A stretch of 31,584 nt of DNA from Paecilomyces variotii (taxonomy: Eukaryota), in assembly GCA_004022145.1 (NCBI GenBank), contig RCNU01000008.1; one strand, given 5' to 3'. The stretch's first letter is position 1; each line of letters begins with the position of its first letter. The translations under genes were made by a program, and so were the position numbers. This document shows positions 1 through 13,200 of the stretch, one piece after another. Under the pieces are notes generated by a model. It was given only the letters and a program-made list of their open reading frames with translations. It ran no database searches and was not told where the DNA came from.

Positions 1-38
1 CTTCCGTAGGTATTTAATAGTACGCAAGGTACGGTTGA

Positions 39-49
39 ACGCGCCGCGT
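39..49. promoter_or_regulatory. Paired MCB-like cores (ACGCG-C-CGCGT) upstream of the ATR gene
   Basis: Two inverted ACGCG cores form a palindrome ~80 bp before the ATG. ACGCG is the core of the fungal MBF-binding MCB element. Confidence 0.35.
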
Positions 50-127
50 CCAGACTCCACTTCCATTTTAAACTTCTTCATTAAACCCCTACTACATGTA
101 TTCGATGTGTGACTGACTGTGGTTGCC

Positions 128-3100
128 ATGGCCGCTCAAGATGTAGCTGGCTCTCGATATACAGTGCGAGAAAACGGCAACGTTGCATCGATGGAGCTGG
201 CTACCGGTGTTCTAGCTGCTCAGCTTGCACCGCATCTATCACAAGCTAGTCAACAGCATCAATTTAACCGCGAAACATTTTCGCAGCTTCGCAAAGAGCT
301 TTTAGAGGGTCGATGCAGCCAGCTGAATTTAGAAGATAGCGTGACTGATGTCAACAATTTGGTCTGCATCGTCGTAAAAGCTGGTCTTGAAATCGGACAT
401 AGAAACGGTCACCTGTCTATTGCTAGCGATGTCGACGGGCAGATCTTGGACTGTTTGGATATCATCCAAGCAGCTGTTGAGAAGGTGCCTCAAGTTCTTC
501 TAGAATTCTCCAACAATGAGATTCTGGGAAAGGACATAAGTGCGCCCTTGTATTTCTGGCTCGTCATTCGGTTAATCGATCTCTTATGCAACTGCAACCA
601 GAGTCTGCTAGGAAGGATACGTAGCCTTCTCTCATGCATAGTATGTTCGCAATACAGGCTTTCGCCTTCGAAGACCTTCAGTTTCTCTATTTCAGGTCTA
701 CTGCGAACTTTCATAAGAGGTATGCCAACCGTTTTGAAGCCTAGGGAAGCAACTAATACGCTGCAGATGTAACGAGGTCAGTCGAGGCTTTCGACTTTTC
801 GACATCTCGAAACTCCTCATGTACAATCTCTTTTCCTAGATCGCGACGATCGTTCGCAGCGGAACTAGAAAGACTGGATCTCACCCCTGAGCTTGCGAAT
901 ATGAACATGATACTTGGGCCTTTTCCGAGAGTAATCGTTTCTGTCTTAGAGCTGAGTTCCGCATTGCTACCGGTGGATGTCATCTCGACTTCAAATGGTC
1001 TAAGTTCAGTCATCCGCCATGACTTTGCTTGGATTCTTGATGTATATGTGCAGCTATGGCACGGCGTTGTCGCATGGGAGCCAAGTACAGAAAAAAGAGC
1101 CCAACTTCATCTCCACTTCTTGGAGCATCTCGGGATCTGCTGTGACGCCTCCGCTTTGTTGTCTGAGGAATTTTCGCTTGAGATAAAAGCTATATGCATT
1201 CGACTTCGATGTATCGCTGATATATTATCCTCCAGCGCTGCGTGCCAGGATTCGAATGTTCAGCTAGCTTGTCGCCAGGCTGTTGAAAGCACTGCAAAGG
1301 TCGCGAGGCGTTCGGCGGTTGTCGCAACATACATGGGAGACATCCTCCTCCCAGTCCTAGGAGAGATAGGCTATAGTGACACGCCTCTGCAGAGCGTGAA
1401 GTTATCTCTCAAGGTACGTGAACTGACCGCGTTGGAACATGAGATGCTTATGGAATACTAGGAGCTGGTTTTGAGCATTCTGAGCGAGGCCCTACACAAT
1501 GCTCCCAACTATTCTAAATACCCAAAGTATGGTTATGGTTGTCAGAAGCGAGCCTTAGACCTCCCAGGAGGTCGGCAGACGGAGGACGGTCTGCTAGAAG
1601 GTGGGAAGACGCCTCAAGGTAGTCCGGCGCGGAAGCGTATCCGCCTGTCCAAGGAGCAACCGGAACCTCCCCCGCCAGATGCATTACAGACGCTTCTGTG
1701 CAGAGTATACAACCTTCTAGGTTGCGAAGCTCCAGGGAGCCTCGAAGATCTCCCTTCCGTCGCTCAGTGAGTTACTTTTGCAGACCTCAACCCCCTGGAA
1801 ATGTTGCTAACTATGATTATCCAAGGGAAAAATTTCCTCCCTTATCTGATGAGAATAAATGTGCTCTTGTAACAAACTTGGGAATGATAGCATGTGCAGG
1901 TGCCACTGGTCTGTCAGGAACTCATGACGGGCCAGACTCGGAGTTGGCGCCATGTTGTATATGTGACATGAATACTCCTGAGGAGCAGGCTCTTGTCCCT
2001 TGGCGCAGCCCCGGTTTCAGCGCAGTAAGGTCAACGTTGACGAATATTTTGTCTAACCTCGGCCGTACTCCATCTCCTAGAATCGCGTCAATGCTGGCAT
2101 TGCGAAGGATTCTCGTCCATGACCCTGATAGCAATCAGCTAGATCTAACCTCATCAATGTTTGGTGAATTGTGCCTTCATTCGCTACGGAGCTCTGTTAG
2201 GGAGATTCGATTAGCTGCCGGGTATTCACGTTCTGTCTTCTTTTTATAGGAATTGCACTGACTCCTCCACAGATACACTATTACGGCGTTTTTACGCCCA
2301 TGTCTAGACCCAGAAGTTCGCCGGTCAAACTTTGTGGTCGTCCTAGAATGCGTTAAGACACTTGCTGAGAAGCGAGAGATACCAGTCCAAGAAACATGCA
2401 TTCTTTCTTTATGCAGATTTGCCGAGTAAGGCTACCATCCGTTTTAGTCAAGATCACGGCTCATTCCTTTCTAGGATATCCGGCGACGAAGAATTGAATC
2501 TAATTCTTCTGCGACTTCTTGAGTATCTGGGACATACGAATCCATATATCTGTGGGGTGGCCTATGTGGAAGTAAGTAGTGGCTTGTACCTAGGAATCAC
2601 TTTTGGGTTGCTTCCTTGCATACTGTGACCTCCTGTTTCTATATCAATTCCCCGTGAGGAGTCTCCACTGACAGGAGCTAGCTTTTGAAACTTTCGCAGC
2701 GGCTGTCAATAACACCCGCGGGTCTCTTTCGACCGTTCTGGAGGACCCTCTCAGTTACAGTTGTCAAGAACCTACAAACCAGGCCACACATGGCAGAACA
2801 ATTGTGCGACCTCCTCGGAATGAATGTCGATGACTTCCTTCGACTGACGGAGGTCCACATTTTGCCTTATCTGGTATTAATGCGGAAACGAGATATTATC
2901 TCGCGAATCGGTGCCAGCTACAAGAAAACAAAGTCTCCTTTTGAGTTATGCTCAGAGAACAATAATCTAGCGTCTATTCTTGCCTTCTTACTGAGCCAGC
3001 CTTCCTCGGACCCCGAAGGGATGATTATCTCCCTGTTCCAGGACGTGGATGTCCAATTCAAAGGCTGTACTCTTGCAACGTTCCTTAGAACCGAGCCGAT

Positions 3101-6100
3101 TCTTATCGCATGTGAGCTTCTGAAAAGCCTGGGTGACGCGGGTGATGGGAAAGGAGACAAGGTAGAACGTCCTGTCAACTGATTTGTTCATTTTACTAAA
3201 TATGTGGACAGTTCCATCGAGCTCTTCAACTTCTAGCTACTTATGTTCCCCGCAAATCGACGTCGGGACATGCACCATCTAAGAAGCAGGATCTTCTGGG
3301 AAGCTTTATCGAAGAGCATGTTCTTGGTATCATCACTCAGTTCGCTCACACTATCAACGACTTCCAGATAAGGCAGCCAACAATGGAGAAGAAGCGCAAC
3401 ATTGTCGCTATCGGAGAAATGGTCAAGATAGCGAAAGGCCACATCAACAGTGCATTGCCTCAGGTTAGTGAACATATACTTTTTCTTGGACGCATATATT
3501 TTCCTCTGTCTGATTGGAAACTGATTGTTCCAGATCTGTGCTTGTCTTAGATCAGCATTGGAGATCAAAGTGCTCTGCGACCATGCCTTTTCCGCTTGGA
3601 GCGTGCTCATAATGTCCCTTGATGAGGATGAACTGGAGCCTCTAATTGACCAGACTCTCGCTATAATCATTAAATACTGGGAAGACTTCAACGCGCGCAG
3701 CAGACAGCAAGCCCATGATCTCGTTGATTACATTATGAAGCATCATAGTGACCTAGTGCGTGAGATATTCCATACGATGCCATCGTTATCATCCATACCG
3801 GTCCTGGGTCGATTTGAGATCGAATTGAATCAACTGAAGGGGCAGATGGATGTCAGGTCTCGTTTCATGGCTTTCAGCAGACGCTGTCAAAACGAGAACG
3901 CAGCAGTTGTCGAACAAGCTTTGAAGGAGCTTGTTCCATATCTTACTCAGAATGAGGAATTTCTGCACAGGTCCGTTCTTAACGAACAGCCAGATGCTGT
4001 TGTTGCGCAATTGACCCGGTCCCTATTGGACTGCTGCGTGAAGTTCAACGCTAGTTCTGACAACATAACGATCCTGTCCGCTCAGTGTCTCGGCCTGGTC
4101 GGTTGTCTCGATCCGAATCGTGTAGAGACTGTGAAAGAGAAGAAAGACATACTCGTGTTGTCGAACTTTGACCGCATGGAGGAGACCTTTGAATTCATCT
4201 TGTTTTTCCTCCAACACGTTCTAGTAGAAGCTTTTTTGTCGGCTTCCAATACCAAGGCACAAGGATTCCTTGCCTATGCTATGCAGACCTTGCTCAAGGT
4301 CTGCAACTTGCACTCAACCGTCACTCAACGATCCCGCGAAATGCAATCGGATGACAAATACCTCCGGTGGATGGATCTTCCTGAGACTGTTCGAAACACC
4401 TTAACTCCGTTTCTGACATCAAAATACACAGTCACCATTGGGGCTGTGAGCACCAGCTGCACTTATCCGTTGTTCTCTTCCAACCTCAGTTATGGCGAGT
4501 GGCTTCGCACCTTTGTGCAGGACTTACTGCTCAAAGCCAATGGTGATAATGTAAAGCTGATATTCAGTGTTTGCAGCCGCATTATCAGGGGCCAGAACAT
4601 ATCAATAGCCTCTTTTCTTCTTCCATTTGCAGTACTAAACCTTGCAGTTGGTGGCACCGACCTTCAAAAACAGCAACTCCAGGATGAACTTACGAGAGTA
4701 CTTTCCCATCCTCTCCCCGAAGAAAATAGCCAGACAAGGGAAAATATAATTCTCTGCAGTGAGGTATGCAGTATCGAACACTCCATATTGTGCCCTTTAC
4801 AACAAACTAACTGTTATATAGAGCGTTTTCAGCGTCCTCGATTACCTCTCGAGATGGCTTCATGGCAAGAAGAAACAATACACAAGCCTGGCCAGTTATA
4901 CTTCCCATGGTAGCAAGTCTCATCATCGTGAGAGTTACAGGGATTCTCTACTGGAAATATATTCCGCCCAGATCCAGAGCGTTGAAAATCTTTTGTCACA
5001 AATACCGGCAGAGGTCATTTCGAAAAGAGCAGTCGAGTGCAAATCCTTCTCTAGAGCGCTATTTCACTGGGAGCAGTATATCAGGCAACGCAAGGCTCGT
5101 TCAGAGAAGCAGGAGCCGACAAAGCTTGGTCCATTGTATCAACGTTTGCAGGATATCTATACGCAGATCGATGAACCCGATGGGATCGAAGGCATATCTG
5201 CCCATCTGCATGTCCTTAACATTGACCAGCAAGTTCTAGAGCATAGAAAGTCTGGTAGATGGACTGCAGCTCAAAGTTGGTATGAGCTGCAGCTTGACAA
5301 AGAACCGAACAACCACGACGCTCAATTGAACTTACTTACTTGTCTCAAGGATTCTGGACAGCTAGGTACTAACCCATCTATGCTATCAGGTTCTTCTTTA
5401 TACTGACGGACACAGACGCGCTTCTCAACCAATTTGAGGTATTCGAAAAGTCCGGAGCGTCCCTTGCTAGACTCTTGCCCTTCGCCGTTGAAGCTGCTTG
5501 GACAACCAGCAAATGGGACAAACTTGATCACTATCTGCAGATATGCGTGCAGCAGAATGCCGGTAATTTTAGTATCGGGATCGGCTCAGCTCTCAGTGCC
5601 CTCCGACAAGGCAAGAAGGCAGCATTTAAGAAAATCATAGAGCAACTACGATACAGCGTTGCTAGATCCCTTACTTCAAATTCCATCGCTTCTCTACAGT
5701 CATGCCACGATAGCGCTCTCCAGCTGCACGCCTTGACCGAGATTGAATCCATAGCAAATATTGGTTCTGACGAGGGCGTTGATCGTTCCAACATCCTAGA
5801 AGTACTTGATCGTCGTTTGGATGTCCTAGGAGGCTATCTTTCAGACAAGCAGTACCTCCTCGGAGTTAGAAGAGCAACTATGGAACTTTCGTAAGTGTAG
5901 ACTCAAAAGTGCATGCACTGTACTAACATGTTGAACAGGACTGCTTTCCGGGACTCTGATATTGCCGGTGTTTGGCTAATAGGTGCTCGCCTATCGCGCA
6001 AAGGCAATCTTACAGGACAAGCGTATCACTCTGTCCTTAAAGCAGCAGAACTGAAGGACAAGTCAGCTACCATTGAGCACGCTCGACTTCTGTGGAAAGA

Positions 6101-8955
6101 TGGACATCATCGCAAAGCTATCCAGATATTGGAGGGTGCAATAGCAGCTAATGCTTTTGTTTCGGCCAATTTCGCACCAGACGAAAAAGATTCGGTGTCG
6201 TTAACTTCGAATAGAGAACAGCATCAGAATATGCTTACTGCGAGGGTACAAATGACCTTTTTACTTTTTGCCCCCTCCACATTGTATGAGTTGCTAATGT
6301 GGCTTTAGGCACTTTTGCTGCTAGCAAAATGGACCGACAGAGCTGGACAGACTCAATCCGACGTTATTGTGCAGAGATATCGCGAGGCTATTAAACTCCA
6401 CACTCGGTCAGTAAATGTCTTCCTCAGCCTAACAGTAGAAGCTAACGCATGCTACAGATGGGAGAAGGCACATTATTATCTTGGGAAACATTATAATAAG
6501 ATCCTGGAGTCAGAAAAGGCCAAGCCTCTTGGGAAAGAGGCGCAGATATAGTATGATTTACCTTCAGCTCCTTAACGGAGACATCCTACTGACTCTCTTT
6601 GAAGCCTTAGCGGGGAAGCTTCTAAACTCGTTATCGATAACTATCTGCGCTCCCTCGCCCATGGAAACAAATACGTGTTTCAAACGCTGCCAAAGGTATT
6701 AACACTCTGGCTGGAGCATGCATCTATCGTTGATCAGCCTTTCGACCCCAAACGGGGAGATAACGAGTAAGCTCCCGATGCACATCATCCGCATAAACAT
6801 TGCTGAAAACAAATCCAGGGAATTCCAAAAGCACAGCATGAGTCAGCGCAAGAAGAGTCTCGATGATATGCACACGCAACTGAAGAAATACTTGAACCGA
6901 ATGCCGGCTGTATTGGTAATAACCCAGTTTGGCAACTACTTTAGCAAGACACTGACGTTATTAGCTATTTACAATCCTTCCCCAAGTCGTTGCGCGCATC
7001 TGTCATTCCAATCCCACCGTATACGATCTGTTGACAAAGATAGTGGTGAAAGCCGTCAATGCCTTCCCACAGCAGGGGCTGTGGACAGTTCTAGCTGTAG
7101 TGAAGTCATCTTCCAAGGACCGTGCATCTCGAGGCATTACATGCCTTCAGAAGATAACGGTATGCTATCCAATTTCCTATGGATATGCACTGGACTGACT
7201 GGATGAACAGGAAGCGACAAAGAAATTGAAAACCGAATCATCGGTGACTGATATGAAGATGTTGATAAACCAAGGCCAAAAGTTTTCTGACGAGTTGCTC
7301 AAATTGTGCACCGCAAGGGTCGAAGAGAAGGCCTCAAAAGTCAGCCTTGCACGAGACCTTGAGTTTAATCCTAAAGTTGCACCCTGCCGTCTGGTGGTTC
7401 CATTCCAAGAAATGCTCACACCGAGTCTTCCTGCTAATCACTCTTCGGATTACCTGAAAACATTCAGAGCGTTCCCCCAAGATACTGTCATTATTGAAGG
7501 TACGTCTCTGCTAGCGCTATCATTCGAGATTCACTACTAAAATCAGCAGATGTTTCGGATGAAGCACTAGTCCTGAGCTCTATGCAGAAACCTCGAAAGA
7601 TCAGCATCCTTGGATCTGATGGGAAAGTCTACAGCTTGCTTTGTAAACCAAAAGATGATCTCCGAAAAGATCAAAGACTTATGGAGTTCAACAATATGAT
7701 CAATAGGTTTCTCAAGAGGGACATCGAGTCGAGCAAGCGACGCATGTGTAAGTTACCCCCTATAAAGAGATGGCTTAGGTTGACCAGGAAAGATATCAAA
7801 ACATACGCAGTCACGCCTCTAAGCGAAGAATGTGGCCTCATCGAATGGGTTGATAACCTGAGAACTCTGCGAGAGCTTGTTATCAAATTGCTGAAGGAGC
7901 GAGGAATCACCCCTAACGTTGGTACTCATGCTCCTACTCCGCATCCAAATGGAAGCTAACATTTCGTTCAGTATACCGAGATTAGACAATATCTTAACAA
8001 AGCATGTAGCGATGTCTCAAACCTGCCATTATTCACAACCCATGTCCTATCAAAGTATGAGCAAATCCATTTGCGGTGAAAGGGAAAAGGCTAACGAGAA
8101 CCTAGATTTCCTCCTGTCTTACATGAGTGGTTCGTTGAGATGTTCCCGGAGACGGGGGCATGGTTCTCCGCTAGGCTAAGATACACTCGGTCTTCTGCCG
8201 TAATGTCTATGGTTGGATACGTTTTAGGGTTTGTACTTCTGCTCCAAATGACGGGTGCATATGTCGGCTGACCATCGGTACTCGTAAAGACTTGGCGACC
8301 GGCATGGCGAGAATATCTTATTTGAAGAGGGGAGCGGCGGTATTCTCCATGTAGATTTCAACTGCCTCTTCGACAAGGTCAGTAGATGAAGAAACGGCGT
8401 ATACTCGGTTTCTGACGAAGCGATAGGGCCTAACCTTTGAGAAACCGGAATTGGTTCCATTCCGACTTACGCATAACATGGTCGATGCCTTTGGCGCTTA
8501 TGGATATAACGGTAAGTCGAGTTGGCAGATTATTCCGCGTTGTACGGTATCTAACATTTCGTCCTAAATCATAGGTCCTTTTCGGAGAACATGTGAGATA
8601 GCTCTCGGGCTTTTGCGCCAAAACGAGGACGCTCTCATGACGATTCTGGAAACGTTCTTATATGACCCGACAACCGACTTTATCGGGAAAAAGGTAACAT
8701 ATGAGGACCCTTTATGCCCACGTTTCTTATCCCTCATCGACCTGCTAACTTCAATATTAGAAGAGGAGGACGAACCCAAATATCCCAGAAACACCAGAGG
8801 GAGTCTTGGAATCTGTGCGCAACAAGCTCCGAGGCCTGTTGCCTGGAGAGTCTGTCCCGCTTTCCGTTGACGGCCATGTGGATGAATTGATTTTGCAAGC
8901 TACTGACAAGAAGAATCTGGCGGCTATGTATATTGGGTGGTGTGCATTTTTCTAG
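128..8955 (+). CDS. uvsB: ATR/Mec1/Rad3-family PIKK DNA-damage checkpoint kinase (UvsB), ~2475 aa, 26 exons
   Basis: Hand-spliced GT-AG introns at 720-766, 1414-1461, 1767-1825, 2222-2272, 2426-2474, 2572-2681, 3162-3211, 3464-3533, 4764-4821, 5366-5415, 5891-5938, 6246-6308, 6407-6457, 6551-6604, 6767-6818, 6916-6964, 7160-7210, 7500-7549, 7748-7792, 7918-7971, 8055-8105, 8229-8289, 8378-8426, 8512-8574, 8694-8760 give one continuous frame (7428 nt). Motifs: UME-like region ([12 protein letters not shown]), FAT ([18 protein letters not shown]), kinase ([52 protein letters not shown]), FATC end ([13 protein letters not shown]). Start ATG at 128 is inferred. Confidence 0.95.
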
Positions 8956-9290
8956 GAGCATCGGATATATTGTTTTAATTGCTCTGTTGGATATGGTCTT
9001 TTCAACGAATTTCCTAGTGTAGGCTACATCATGTGTTATATCTGAGCTAGGATGACGATATTTGCATTATTGTTCTCAACACACTAGACATTTATGACGG
9101 TCCTTGCAAGCACGCAAGTTGACTCCTAGATACATCTTCGAATAGCACATTGGCACTCACAACATAGTTTACAAAAGAGAAATAAAACGACACTGTATCC
9201 ATACCACATTCCCAAGGACAAATGATACAGGACGAAGTAGTAGATGCCACCCATAATAAGACCGAGCGCCTAGAACGCCTGCTTGCTGAT

Positions 9291-10407
9291 TTATCTTCTG
9301 CCAGCGCCGTATCGACTGCGGCTTCGGTTTCTGCTTGCACTTCTGCTCCTACCGCTGTAGCTACTGTAGCTGCTGTAACTGGGACTACGGCGTCTGCGGC
9401 GTCTGGGACTGTCTCTTCGTAACGAGTCTCTCCCGGGTGAAGGAGACCTCGAGGGTGACGACGGCGTGTAAGAGCGGCCGCGCCTAGGGGAACGAGATCG
9501 GGACCGTGATAAAGACCGTGGGCGATAGCGATCATGTCTGTCCATTGCACGCGACCCAGCATATCTTCGCCCAGGAGGCGATCTGCGCCGGGGTGGAGGG
9601 GAACGGAAACCGCCTGCTCGTCCACCATCCAGAGGGGGTGGCCGTCCAAAGCCAGAGCGTGGGAAGCCGCCTCGACGAGCAGGTGGGGGTGAGCGAGAAA
9701 AGGCACGACGAGGAAGGACAATGGAGACGTTGAGAATAGCTCCATCTAGTTGCGCCTCATGCATATGTGAAATAGCAGCTTCGGCATCTGCGACTTCATA
9801 GTAGAGGATGTATGCGGTACCTCTGTTGGTCATAACTGTGATACTGCGTCAGCTACTTTGCCAATCGAAGGCTAGAAAGCAAAGCTCGCTTACAAGCTTT
9901 ATTCATTGGCAACTCCAGGCTTTGTATCTCTCCAAAGGTACCAAATATCTCGTACAGATGTTCCTCCGTGACATTTTTAGTCAACTTCTCCACGATAATC
10001 TTGTTCAAGGAAGTCAGTCACAGTCTATAGTAGAAATCTCCCTGAGGAAGACGCGCGATTTTGCAAAAGAGTGAGGGGCATCGTACCTTTGAGCTCCTTC
10101 GAGGACTCTCCGGACTGCGGCTCCGCGAGTAGGCCCTGTCTCTATACCGGCCACCGGCCCTGTTCCTGCTGTAACTTCGGGAGCGTCCTCTGTCACGCGA
10201 TGGTGACCGACTATAATTTCTCCCTCGGTGCCCATTGTGACGTCCAACGCCAGGCGAAGGACTTCTGGTTCCTGCACGCGGGCTCGTCGGCGAGCGAGGA
10301 GATACAGAGCGACGGGGAGAGCGAGACCGTGATCTTTCGCGACCGGTAGCTGACATCTCTGGCGAGCGTGACCTAGATCTTTCTGTAGATACAGACCTAG
10401 CGCGCAT
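9291..10407 (-). CDS. RNPS1/SR45-like RRM + RS-domain splicing/EJC-associated protein, ~323 aa, 3 exons
   Basis: Exons 10407-10087, 9999-9894, 9835-9291 join in frame. Single central RRM (KIIVEKLTKNVTEEHLYEIFGTFG...FMTNRGTAYILY...AISHMHEAQLDGAILNVS) flanked by RS/SP-rich tails, the RNPS1 architecture. Confidence 0.88.
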
Positions 10408-10907
10408 GTTCGATACTCTCGCTAATGGCTGTGGTAGTGGTTGGAGTAGCAGGAGGGAGGGACCCGGCACTGGAATCGAGGAAGCTTGGGATTGCTCAAA
10501 AGGTATGAATGCTCTATGAGAACCGCAAAATCGCGAGTGGGACAGCGAGGACAGATCACTGCGATCCTGCTCACGCCCGAAATTCGATTCTCAATGGCCG
10601 TGAAATGAAGGGGATGTCGATCAGGTACGGTGGTTTCCCACCGGGCAGATTTCGAGCTTCCGCATAGCTAGAGAACTCACCGCCTTCTTCTCCGCCTTTG
10701 CATCTATCTCAGTGCCATAAGTATGCTGCTTATCATGGTTGTAGGACATCAATGATGATCTCCGTGGACTACTGCATAAATATGTACAAGGTTCCCATAT
10801 ACGTTGGTGTGGTATTTCATTATTTGCTTATTTGTTATAGTAAACAGATAGTAGTACCCCTGAGAGCAGATCCAGATCTAGCTCACACATCAAGCTAATC
10901 GATCCTT

Positions 10908-13200
10908 CTAAGCATCATGAGAGCTTCCGAACTGTTCGTATTCCTGGACGACCTCTGGCGTAATCTGGCGTCGCACTTGGCCCAGGGCATATTCAAAATG
11001 CTTCCACATGATCTGACCTTCCTGTCCTGTCTCTTCCTCCTCGTCTAATGCTGCATCTCCGGCAGTCTCACAGATGCTTACAATCTCCGCGCCTGAATAG
11101 CCTTCAGTCCTCAGGGCGAGATCAGCAATGTCGACCTCCGGATGGACAACGGACTTTCTTGACCAAATGCTCAGGATTTCCTGGCGCGCCTCAAGGTCCG
11201 GTGGCCCAATATACAAAATATTATCCAACCGCCCGGGCCGCATAAGGGCAGGGTCAAGTACATCCGGTTTGTTCGTCGCTGCAACGACAAGAACATTCCT
11301 CAATTCCTCAATACCATCCATCTCGTTCAATAAGGTAGTGAGCACGTTAACTCCTCCCTGAGAGGATGAGCCTCGCTTGTAGGCGATTGCATCTATCTCA
11401 TCGAAGAAAATGATGCTTGGCCTTGCAGATCTAGCCTTCCGGAAGATCTCCCGGAGAGCTCTCTCAGACTCTCCGACATACATACTCAAGATTTCTGCGC
11501 CTTTGACAGCAAGGAAGTTCAGACCTGCTTCGGTAGCCAATGCTTTGACTGTTAGCGTCTTTGAGCAACCGGGTGGTCCGTATAACAGGATCCCCTTTTT
11601 GCTGTTCACATTGAGTCTCTTCATACGCTCCGGGAACTGCATGGGTTAGTCTCAATGTTTACTTCCAGTCAAGGGGGGAAATTCTCACCTGAAGGGGTCT
11701 CTGAACGGCTTTCTGAAGACGCCGTTTAATGTCATGCTGTCCACCGATGTCAGACCATCTAACCTTGGGCGTTTCAAGGAAAACCTCCTTCATGGCAGTT
11801 GGTCTGATATCTTGCAGTGCTAGAAGCACGTCGGCCTCGGAAATTTTCACCGACACGAGGCCGGTATCAGTCTCATGGGCAGCCGGCGCAAGAGATTCTG
11901 TATGACCTCCAGCAATGGACGCTGATTCAAGAACTTGTCGATTTCTTGCCTTGCGGCATGCGAGTTGAAGGAGGGCGAAAAGGTCGGCTCCAACATAACC
12001 GTGCGTCTTCTCCGCTATGATATCTATCATTTGATCACTTGGTTCCAGAGATGACCCTCGGATTGCTCGCAAAATTTCTGCTCTATCCGCCGCGGTAGGA
12101 ACCGGCAACTCAACCTCAATAGCCAGTCGGTGCGGAGTCCTCAGAGCATCGTCAACATCATTGGGATGGCGAGTAGCAGCGACCACCAGGATGTTGGCAC
12201 CCTTTATTCCATCCAACGTCTCGCACAATACTGATCCCAAAGAGCCCGGTTCCTGGGATGACTTTTTGGGAGCGATGAATTCCAATTGATCGATCAGAAT
12301 CACACTAGGTTGGCAACGTAGTGCCTCTTGAAATGTCCTGCGTAGTTTCGTTTCGCCTTCTCCCACATTCCTGCTTATCATTGAAGTGCCAATAGTGAAA
12401 GACCTCTTCCAGCCAGCGGCTTCGATTTGTCGCAACAGTGATGTTTTACCAGTCCCCTTCGGTCCATAGATGAGAATCCCTCGGCTATGCTCGTAGAAAC
12501 CGGGCATTTCAAGCCTCTGTAGGCCCGCGTTGAAGTCTGAAAGGCTTTCATTGATTTGCTCGATCTGTCTTGATAGCCCGCCTAGGCCGAACGATTGTAC
12601 TTTCAGCGTTCTATCTCTATACGTGGTACCTCCGCCATCACCTATTTTCACTTTCGATTGACCGGTAAAGCGGTATATGGTATGAGATGCGCCAGGATTG
12701 GTACCCGACAGTTCGACCACCCTGAAGCTTCTACGTTGGCCCTTCACCTCCACTTCGAAGGTCAGATTAACGGCGAGAACTTCGCATCTTAACAAGGGAT
12801 ATTCTAGACACCATTCCCAGTGCCCGATATCGGTCTCAGGCAAGACACCAAAAACTTCGAGCTTCTCGGGATCTGTACATTCTTGCAGGCGTACAGTATC
12901 CACTTCATCGAGTTGCTGGTCCGCCTTGCATATCGAGACTTTATCACCAAGTTTGATGCCATAACATTCTTGTAGTGCCTTCGAAGTCTGTACGACGGTG
13001 TTCTGGATATTTTCGACTGCGGCCCAAGCGATGGCGGTTTTTGGAGACCCCTCTCCCAGTCTTAGATCGCAAAGGTCACCAGCCCTTAGTTTAAGGGATG
13101 CGAGAGAAGATGAAGAAAGGTTGATGCGGAACGAATCTCTCAAGTCGTTTCTCGGTTGCTTCGACAATGGCCTGACCGTGAATGTGCGGTTTTCAGCCAT
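10908..13200 (-). CDS. AFG2: AFG2/Drg1 (SPATA5-like) double-ring AAA+ ATPase of 60S ribosome biogenesis, ~746 aa, 2 exons
   Basis: Exons 13200-11689 and 11636-10908 (intron GTGAGA...CTAAC...CAG). D1 Walker A GPKGTGKT; D2 with WSDIGGQ, the Drg1-type Walker A GPPGCSKT, Walker B FFDEID, LLNEMDG and DPALMRPGRLD. Confidence 0.88.

Noticed and set aside
2572..2681. Longest ATR intron (110 nt) as a possible stwintron or snoRNA host
   Set aside because: No internal intron whose removal rebuilds a donor, and no convincing C/D or H/ACA boxes with terminal stems.
119..8961. About 40 separate short ORFs in the ORF track
   Set aside because: They are exons or antisense/alternate frames of the single spliced ATR gene, not independent genes or a pseudogene.
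9092..9745. 217-aa minus-strand ORF and plus-strand ORFs overlapping the RNPS1-like gene
   Set aside because: Alternative-frame shadows of GC-rich, low-complexity RS coding sequence with no recognisable motifs.
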